Origin: Candidatus Latescibacterota bacterium
Lineage (GTDB): Bacteria > Latescibacterota > UBA2968 > UBA8231
DNA length: 64,000 nt
Assembly: GCA_965206595.1 (NCBI GenBank)
Contig: OZ242214.1
Coordinates: 6,989,162-7,053,161 of the forward strand
Direction of reading: 5' to 3'
Part shown: positions 57,552 to 64,000 of the stretch, one piece after another
Position numbering within the stretch: the stretch's first letter is position 1
Layout of the letters: the number at the start of each line of letters is the position of its first letter
Notes under the pieces: model-generated
Seen by the model: the letters and a program-made list of their open reading frames with translations, nothing else
Told to the model about the DNA's origin: nothing
Databases searched by the model: none
Program-made: the position numbers and the translations under genes

Positions 57552-58457
57552 TCAGGCCCCCTCGACCATCCCGAGCTGCTGCGCCAGCTCGCGCAGTTCC
57601 CGCTGCAGCCAGGTCGGGGCGTTTGCGTAGGGCGGCCCAACCAGTGGTGAATCGATCAGGCCCTTCCAGTGCAGGATGTGCTTGCACACCGAGAAGGCGT
57701 AGGGGTCCGGGGTGCAGTAGGCGATCATGGGCAGCATGCGGTGGTAGAACAGGTGCCGGGCGTCGTCCCAGGAGCCGGCCTGCGCAAGCCGGTGCAGTTC
57801 CACCTCGCGATCCGGCATGACCGCGGCGCTGCCGGCAACCACGCCGTCGGCGCCGGATACGTAGGCGGGCAGCGAGAAGGTGTCCCAGCCGCAGATGTAC
57901 GCCGCTTGCGGGGCGGCGCCCTTGAGCCGGTCGAAGGAGTACACGTTGCCGCTCACCTTGACGGTCATGATCCGCTCGATGGCGGCTACCAGCGGCAGCA
58001 CTTCGCCGTCCACGTCGAGGGTGCCTTCGTTGGTCTGGTCGTAGAGCATCACGGGGATCCGTTCCGCGATCCGGCTGAAGAAGCCGTACAGGTCCGCCCT
58101 GGTCAGCTTCTTGGTCATGGCGAAGTCGGCGCCGCACCGGGCCGCGAGCTCCGCCGCGGGCAGCCCGCGGTCTTCCTCCACGCTGATGATGCCCATGCCC
58201 ACGGGGACGCGGCCGTTCACGTGCTCCAGCACCGTGGTAAGGACCTCCTCGATTTCCTCGAGACTCTGCCCCTCGAACTCCCCCGCCTTGCCGCAGGCGA
58301 CCACCGCCGAGACCCCCGACTCCAGAACGAAGTCCAGCTGTCGTCGCATGCTGGCGGCGTCGAAACGGGTTCCGTCGTCGCTGAACGGGGTGAACAGGAG
58401 CGCCACCACCCCCTTGATCACCTCCCCGCTATCTGGGGCATCCTTGTTCGCTGTCAT
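57552..58457 (-). CDS. Dihydrodipicolinate synthase/N-acetylneuraminate lyase family aldolase
   Basis: LFTPF, CGKAGEF, GRVPVGMG, PVMLYD, VKVS, GADGVVAG. Confidence 0.85.
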   Translation of the reverse strand: MTANKDAPDSGEVIKGVVALLFTPFSDDGTRFDAASMRRQLDFVLESGVSAVVACGKAGEFEGQSLEEIEEVLTTVLEHVNGRVPVGMGIISVEEDRGLPAAELAARCGADFAMTKKLTRADLYGFFSRIAERIPVMLYDQTNEGTLDVDGEVLPLVAAIERIMTVKVSGNVYSFDRLKGAAPQAAYICGWDTFSLPAYVSGADGVVAGSAAVMPDREVELHRLAQAGSWDDARHLFYHRMLPMIAYCTPDPYAFSVCKHILHWKGLIDSPLVGPPYANAPTWLQRELRELAQQLGMVEGA

Positions 58458-58842
58458 TCCTTCGATCTCTCTCCGGTCAACCCCGGCGCGCCCGAAAAGT
58501 GATCTGACGTTGCCCGTTCATACCCCAGATGTCGGCTTGGCGGCTCCGCGTACCCGACGAGGAGCCGGTCATCATTCCTTTTCATACACTCCATACTCCC
58601 AACTTTTGAGATTTCTACTCTAGAATAATTCGTCTATACTGGGTCTTGACAGATATGTCCATAGGGATGCACTTTTTTGCCTAGTCCGGTAGTCATATCG
58701 GTCCACCAAAGAACAGCCAGAGCAAAATAACCTAAGTACCAGCAGATTCAGAGATATAAGCAGCACCGATGTCCCCGGAACCATTGCAGGCTTCGAGCAC
58801 CACCGGTAATTTGCCTGAACCTGAGGAGATAGGATGAAACAC

Positions 58843-59229
58843 ATGCAAAAAAGAGAAAAGAAGGACATTGATCGTTCCGTCTCCGATCGGTGGACAAAGA
58901 CTCTGACAGAAGATGGTTTCGTGCCCGTTGTCAACTTTTTCCTCGAGCACTATCACGAGCTGAAACCTTACGATCTCACACACGGCGAAGCGATGTTCGT
59001 GATCCATCTAATGAGCTACAAGTGGACCAAAGACGCCCCTTACCCAGCGTTTAAGAGCTTGGCGAAGTTGATGGGCGTAACTGACAAACAGGCTCGTCGA
59101 TACGCTCAAAGCCTCGAAGAGAAGAGCCTGCTTCGGCGAGAGTTCCGCACTGGCTTGCCGAACAAGTTTGATCTGAATCCACTATTCAAGGCATTGGAAA
59201 AGCATAGGGCACAAAAGTCAAAGAAATAG
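58843..59229 (+). CDS. Helix-turn-helix protein (replication-initiator/DnaD-N-like), low GC
   Basis: GFVPV.N, LT..E..F.IHL..YKW...PYP..K.LA..MG.T..Q..R...LEEK. Confidence 0.7.
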   Translation: MQKREKKDIDRSVSDRWTKTLTEDGFVPVVNFFLEHYHELKPYDLTHGEAMFVIHLMSYKWTKDAPYPAFKSLAKLMGVTDKQARRYAQSLEEKSLLRREFRTGLPNKFDLNPLFKALEKHRAQKSKK

Positions 59230-59373
59230 GCGTGCTAGTGGCCGGATGGTGGCCGCGGAGCGGAAAAACCGGTCGGGGCCCAAACTCGGGTGGTTCGCAT
59301 AAGCGGTCATTGATCGGGGTCCAAACTCGGTCAGGCCGGTCACTAGCATCCAAATACCTCGGCTCGAAGAGTT

Positions 59374-59745
59374 CGTTTTATCGCACGCCTAGTGGGCGGT
59401 GCAGGTGGGGCCCCTCGATCATGTAGTCGTCGATTTTCCGGTGGGTGCCGAGGCCAGATCAATCGGCTGTCCCGGCAGCCACTCCTTCAGGCGCCGTCGA
59501 GCAGCCCAAGCTGCTGCGCCAGCTCGCACAATTCCCACTGCAGCCATGTGGGAACGTTAGCCAGACATCGTCCCAGGCGCCGTCCTGCACCAGCCGGTGC
59601 AGTTCCACCTCGCGATCCGGCATGACGGCCGCGCTGCCGGCGACCACGCCGTCGGCCCCGGAGACGTAGGCGGGCAAGGAGAAGGCCTCCCAGCCGCAGA
59701 TGTAGGACGCTTGCAGGGCGGCGCCCTTTAGCCGGTCGAAAGAGG
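59374..59745 (-). pseudogene. Degenerate second copy of the DHDPS-family 3' end and downstream intergenic DNA (57428-57938)
   Basis: SFDRLKGAA..YICGW..FSLPAYVSGADGVVAGSAAVMPDREVELHRL with internal deletion. Confidence 0.85.
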
Positions 59746-59903
59746 TCCACTGGACGATCCGAGCAGTCATCGCAGTCCTTCAAGACCACTGGTTTGCCGC
59801 CCGCACCGGGCAGCGGCATCTTGATAAATGAAGGATCCGAGAGAGGTGGAGATTTGTGTATCGTGATTTCGTTGCGGACAAAGCCCGGGTTGCAGGTGAA
59901 GCG

Positions 59904-62780
59904 ATGACACCGGGTGAATTCATCTCCAAGTGGCGGGCTTCGGAGCTGAAGGAACGCTCGGCATCGCAGGAGCACTTCATCGACCTGTGCCGGCTCCTCG
60001 GAGAGCCGACGCCGGCCGAGGCCGACCCGACCGGGGAGACCTACTGCTTCGAGAAGGGCGCGCGCAAGGAGACCGGTGGCGACGGCTGGGCCGACGTGTG
60101 GAAGCGCCACTGCTTCGCCTGGGAGTACAAGGGCCGGCTCGCCAACCTCGACACCGCCTTCAACCAGCTCAGGCAGTACGCCCTGGCCCTGGAGAACCCG
60201 CCGCTTCTGATCGTCTCCGACATGCGGCGATTCCGCATCCGCACCAACTGGACCAACAGCGTCAGCGAAACCCTCGAGTTCGCCATCGACGACCTCGCCG
60301 ACGCCGCGGTCCGCGACAAGCTCAAGTGGGCGCTCTCCGATCCCGAGCGCCTGCGTCCGGGGGAGACCCGCCAGACGCTCACCGAGCGCGCGGCCACCGC
60401 TTTCGCCTCGCTTGCGCAGTCGCTCCGGGGGCGCGGCCACGACCCGCAGGCGGTGGCGCATTTTATCAATCGCCTGGTCTTCTGCATGTTCGCCGAGGAC
60501 GTGGGCCTGCTGCCGGGCGACATGTTCACGCGCATGCTGCAACAGGCGCGCATGCAACCGGAGGAGTTCGCCGGCATGGCCCGCGATCTGTTCGCGGCGA
60601 TGTCCAACGGGGGCCGCGTCGGGTTCGAGACGGTGGCGTGGTTCAACGGCGGGCTGTTCGACGACGATGCCGCCCTGTCCCTCGAGAAGGCGGAGATCGA
60701 GACGGCGCTCGAAGCCGCGTCGCTCGACTGGGCCGAGATCGACCCGTCCATCCTCGGCACCCTGTTCGAGCGCGGTCTCGACCCGGACAAGCGTTCGCAG
60801 CTCGGGGCGCACTACACCGACCGGGACAAGATCATGCGCATCGTCGAGCCCGCAGTCGTCCGTCCCCTGCTGGCGGAATGGGAGAGCGTGAAGGCGGAGA
60901 TCGCAGCCGCTCTCGATCGCGCCGGCGTAACCAGGTCGAGGGCCGCAGGGACACGGCAGCGGGGACAGGCTGAACGGCTGCTGCGCGGCTATCTCGAACG
61001 CCTGCGCGGCTTCACGGTGCTCGATCCCGCCTGCGGTTCCGGAAACTTCCTCTACCTGGCGCTGCACGCGCTCAAGGACCTGGAGCACCGGGTGCAGCTG
61101 GAGGCCGACGCCATGGGCCTCCAGCGCGAATTCCCCCGGGTCGGCCCGGCCAACGTCAGGGGAATCGAGATCAACCCCTACGCCGCGGAACTTGCCCGTG
61201 TGTCGGTCTGGATCGGCGAGATCCAGTGGATGCGGCGCAACGGATTCGGCGAGATGCGCGATCCTATCCTCAAGCCGCTCGAAACCATCGAGTGCCGCGA
61301 CGCGATCCTGTCGCCGGAGGGAAGCGAGCCGGAGTGGCCGCAGGCCGACGTGGTGATCGGCAACCCGCCGTTTCTGGGCGGCAAGCTCCTCAACGCCCAC
61401 CTCGGGGAGGAGTACGTTGGGAGCATTTTCCGTTTGTATGAAGGCCGCGTGCCGGCCGAGGCCGATCTCGTCTGCTACTGGTTCGTGAAGGCCGGCGATC
61501 ACCTCGCAACGGGCAGGGCGAAACGAGCTGGCCTCGTCTCGACCAATTCAATTAGAGGCGGTGCCAACCGGAGGGCCTTGCAGGCGGCGATCGACGGCCG
61601 TCCGATCTTCGAGGCCTGGAGCGACGAGCCGTGGGTGATCGACGGCGCCGCGGTACGCGTTTCCATGGTCTGCTTCTCGGGGCCGGATGACGAACCGGTC
61701 CCGGAACGGAGACTCGACGGCCAACTTGTCGATGAGGTTCACGCCGACCTGACCGCGAAGCGCGGCGGGGCCGGCATCGATCTGACGGAGGCTCGGCGTC
61801 TTCACAGGAACATGGGCGTCGCCTTCATGGGGGACACGAAGGGCGGCCCCTTCGACGTCCCGGGAGAGCAGGCCCGGGAATGGCTGCGGGAGCCGGCCAA
61901 CCCGAACGGGAGACCCAACTCCGATGTCCTGGGACCATGGATGAACGGCATGGACGTCACGCGGCGCCCGGCGGACAAATGGATCGTCGATTTCGGATCG
62001 AGCATGGTGCGGGAGGAGGCGGCGCTCTACGAGGCCCCGTTTCGACACGCAATGGAGCACGTCTATCCGAAGCGGCAAGGGAACCGGCGAGAAGCCTACC
62101 GCACCAATTGGTGGCGCCATGTCGAGCCGAGGCCTGGGATGTGGGATGCGCTGGAAGGTCTGTCCCGGTACATCGTAACTCCGCGCGTTGCCAAGCACCG
62201 CCTGTTCGCTTGGCTCGACTCCCGCGTTTGCCCTGACAGCGCTCTGATCGCCATTTCGCGGGACGACAACACCACCTTGGGCATTCTGCACAGCCGCTTT
62301 CACGAGGCGTGGTCGCTGCGGCTTTGCACTTGGCTCGGCAAGGGGAACGACCCGCGCTACACCCCGACAACCACCTTCGAGACCTATCCATTCCCGGAGG
62401 GGCTGTCCCCCGACGTTCCCGCGGCCGACTATGCAGACGATCCGCGTGCCATCGCCATAACCGAGGCAGCACGTCGGCTGGTCGAATTGCGCGACCGCTG
62501 GCTGAATCCGCCCGAATGGGTGGATTGGGTGGAGGAGCCGGTTGCTGGGTATCCCAAGCGCCCGGTACCCCGAGACGAAGAAGCGGAGAAGGAGCTCAAG
62601 AAGCGTACGCTGACCAACCTCTACAACGCCCGCCCGCAGTGGCTCGTCGACGCGCACGCCGCTCTCGATGCAGCTGTTGGTGCGGCGTATGGCTGGAACG
62701 CGGGGATTTCGGAGGACGAGGCGCTGCGGGAATTGTTTTCCATGAACTTTGCCAGCGGGGAACCGCCCAACTCGGCCTGA
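59904..62780 (+). CDS. MmeI/YeeA-like type IIL restriction-modification enzyme (N6-adenine MTase with N-terminal nuclease motif)
   Basis: ADVWKRHCFAWEYK; GAHYT; VLDPACGSGNFL; GNPPF; TNSIRGG; RTLTNLYN. Confidence 0.9.
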   Translation: MTPGEFISKWRASELKERSASQEHFIDLCRLLGEPTPAEADPTGETYCFEKGARKETGGDGWADVWKRHCFAWEYKGRLANLDTAFNQLRQYALALENPPLLIVSDMRRFRIRTNWTNSVSETLEFAIDDLADAAVRDKLKWALSDPERLRPGETRQTLTERAATAFASLAQSLRGRGHDPQAVAHFINRLVFCMFAEDVGLLPGDMFTRMLQQARMQPEEFAGMARDLFAAMSNGGRVGFETVAWFNGGLFDDDAALSLEKAEIETALEAASLDWAEIDPSILGTLFERGLDPDKRSQLGAHYTDRDKIMRIVEPAVVRPLLAEWESVKAEIAAALDRAGVTRSRAAGTRQRGQAERLLRGYLERLRGFTVLDPACGSGNFLYLALHALKDLEHRVQLEADAMGLQREFPRVGPANVRGIEINPYAAELARVSVWIGEIQWMRRNGFGEMRDPILKPLETIECRDAILSPEGSEPEWPQADVVIGNPPFLGGKLLNAHLGEEYVGSIFRLYEGRVPAEADLVCYWFVKAGDHLATGRAKRAGLVSTNSIRGGANRRALQAAIDGRPIFEAWSDEPWVIDGAAVRVSMVCFSGPDDEPVPERRLDGQLVDEVHADLTAKRGGAGIDLTEARRLHRNMGVAFMGDTKGGPFDVPGEQAREWLREPANPNGRPNSDVLGPWMNGMDVTRRPADKWIVDFGSSMVREEAALYEAPFRHAMEHVYPKRQGNRREAYRTNWWRHVEPRPGMWDALEGLSRYIVTPRVAKHRLFAWLDSRVCPDSALIAISRDDNTTLGILHSRFHEAWSLRLCTWLGKGNDPRYTPTTTFETYPFPEGLSPDVPAADYADDPRAIAITEAARRLVELRDRWLNPPEWVDWVEEPVAGYPKRPVPRDEEAEKELKKRTLTNLYNARPQWLVDAHAALDAAVGAAYGWNAGISEDEALRELFSMNFASGEPPNSA

Positions 62781-62808
62781 CGCTGCACAGGAATTACATG
62801 AAAAAAGG

Positions 62809-63804
62809 ATGGCACCGGCGAATTGTCCTGTCTGTCAGAATAAAGATGGTGGTCGGTGCTGGCGATACCCGCCGGATGGCCTCGACGGCTCCAAGTTCAA
62901 ATGCACGACCTGTGGGAAGTACGCAATAAGCAGGACGGCATTATGCGGCCAGTTAGATCAACAGGCTGATGCGCTGACAGCAGCTCAACGCGCATGCCTG
63001 AGTCACGCACTACGCACGAAACATGAGAACAAACAATCCATTATGGTAGACTCAAAATTCCTAGGTGAATTCCTATCGGATTGTCGACTTCCCACTCCGC
63101 ATGAACGGGCTGCAAACTTGATCCGGTACATAGGCGATCAGGTTTCCCAAACTGGGGAAAGCTTGCCCCTTGCACCAGATCATCTCCATGCGATTATTGG
63201 GGCGACCAACCGCGAGGCCACCATTCGACTGACGAAGGAATTAGTTGAGCGAAATACACTAATTGCCGACCCATTTGGTACTGCTGTCGGGAAAGATCCG
63301 GTTACAGGACGCCCCATCTCTTTGTTTACCAACATCGATCTCAGTCTGGACGGATGGAAGCAGTATGAAGTGGAAAAGCAAGGGACGTTCGCTGGAAACT
63401 ACGGTTTCCTCGCCATGCAGTTCGAAGATCCTAAACTTGAAGCCTTTGTTCAGAAGATCTTGAAACCTGCTGTAAGAGATGACCTTGGCTATGATCTCGT
63501 TGACATGCGGGATGTCGCGAAGGCGGGTATCATTGAAGTTAACATGTGCGATAAAATCAGGAATGCCAAGTTTGTCATTGTTGACCTCACGCACGACAAC
63601 CATGGCGCATATTGGGAAGCTGGTTACGCGCAAGCTCTGGGCAAGCCTGTAATTTACATCTGCGAAAAGGAAAAATTCAAGGCGCAAAAAACCCACTTCG
63701 ATACGAACCACTACCTGACCGTTCCCTGGTCCAGGGATGATGACGAGGGATTCCGCGAAAGATTGGTCGCGGCCCTTCGACGGTCGCTCGATCAGTCTTC
63801 GTGA
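62809..63804 (+). CDS. Zn-finger + winged-helix + nucleoside 2-deoxyribosyltransferase-like domain protein
   Basis: CPVC...CTTCGKY; GFLAMQF; IRNAKFVIVDLTHDNHGAYWEAGYAQALGKPVIY; HFDTNH. Confidence 0.75.
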   Translation: MAPANCPVCQNKDGGRCWRYPPDGLDGSKFKCTTCGKYAISRTALCGQLDQQADALTAAQRACLSHALRTKHENKQSIMVDSKFLGEFLSDCRLPTPHERAANLIRYIGDQVSQTGESLPLAPDHLHAIIGATNREATIRLTKELVERNTLIADPFGTAVGKDPVTGRPISLFTNIDLSLDGWKQYEVEKQGTFAGNYGFLAMQFEDPKLEAFVQKILKPAVRDDLGYDLVDMRDVAKAGIIEVNMCDKIRNAKFVIVDLTHDNHGAYWEAGYAQALGKPVIYICEKEKFKAQKTHFDTNHYLTVPWSRDDDEGFRERLVAALRRSLDQSS

Positions 63805-63836
63805 GTTTCCGGAGCGCTTGCCTATTGGAAACCACC

Positions 63837-63960
63837 GTGAAACGAACCTACATCGGCTTGGTTCACAAGGAACGGGAGAGCGACTACGGGATGGGTTTCC
63901 CCGTTTTGCTCGGACATGCAGGGCCGAAAACACCTTTGGAGAAAGCGGAAAACCTCGGGG
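63837..63960 (+). pseudogene. Degenerate copy of the hicB 5' end (56750 onward)
   Basis: ACCACCGTGAA.CG.ACCTACATCGGCTTGGTTCACAAGGA shared with 56744-56783, then diverging. Confidence 0.75.
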
Positions 63961-64000
63961 AAAAACCTCTGTTACCCTTTGTTATTCATTCAACCCGCGC

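Overview
High-GC bacterial window. Its gene content (PhyH/enolase/Ldh2/AKR catabolic genes, WD40/LRR/Big/FlgD-type secreted proteins, C-terminal 'TAV...TWGxxK' tails) resembles Latescibacterota/Poribacteria-like host-associated FCB-lineage genomes; this taxonomy is inference only. Layout: (1) 1-8.8 kb: end of an IS1380 and a small-molecule catabolic cluster. (2) 9.0-22.5 kb: an intact six-gene minus-strand operon with overlapping stop/start codons at all five junctions, encoding three discoidin-like proteins with TPNGDG/FlgD-type C-terminal domains, two paralogous ~880-aa predicted outer-membrane proteins and a double-parvulin lipoprotein. This is the best candidate for an undescribed surface-assembly/export system. 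(3) 22.8-46 kb: an IS graveyard (3x IS5, IS256, ISKra4, IS630, IS66, an IS with a 7-bp TSD, a 58-bp hairpin micro-insertion) that has broken several secreted-protein genes, plus GmrSD, a GNAT and a DASS transporter. (4) 46-64 kb: catabolic genes with cargo (a 1134-aa metzincin-WD40-LRR-Big protein, an HTH gene, an MmeI-like RM enzyme plus a Zn-finger/NDT protein, HicAB) repeatedly bracketed by diverged duplicate gene fragments. No rRNA, tRNA, CRISPR array or reverse transcriptase was seen. Family calls come from motif recognition, not database searches.
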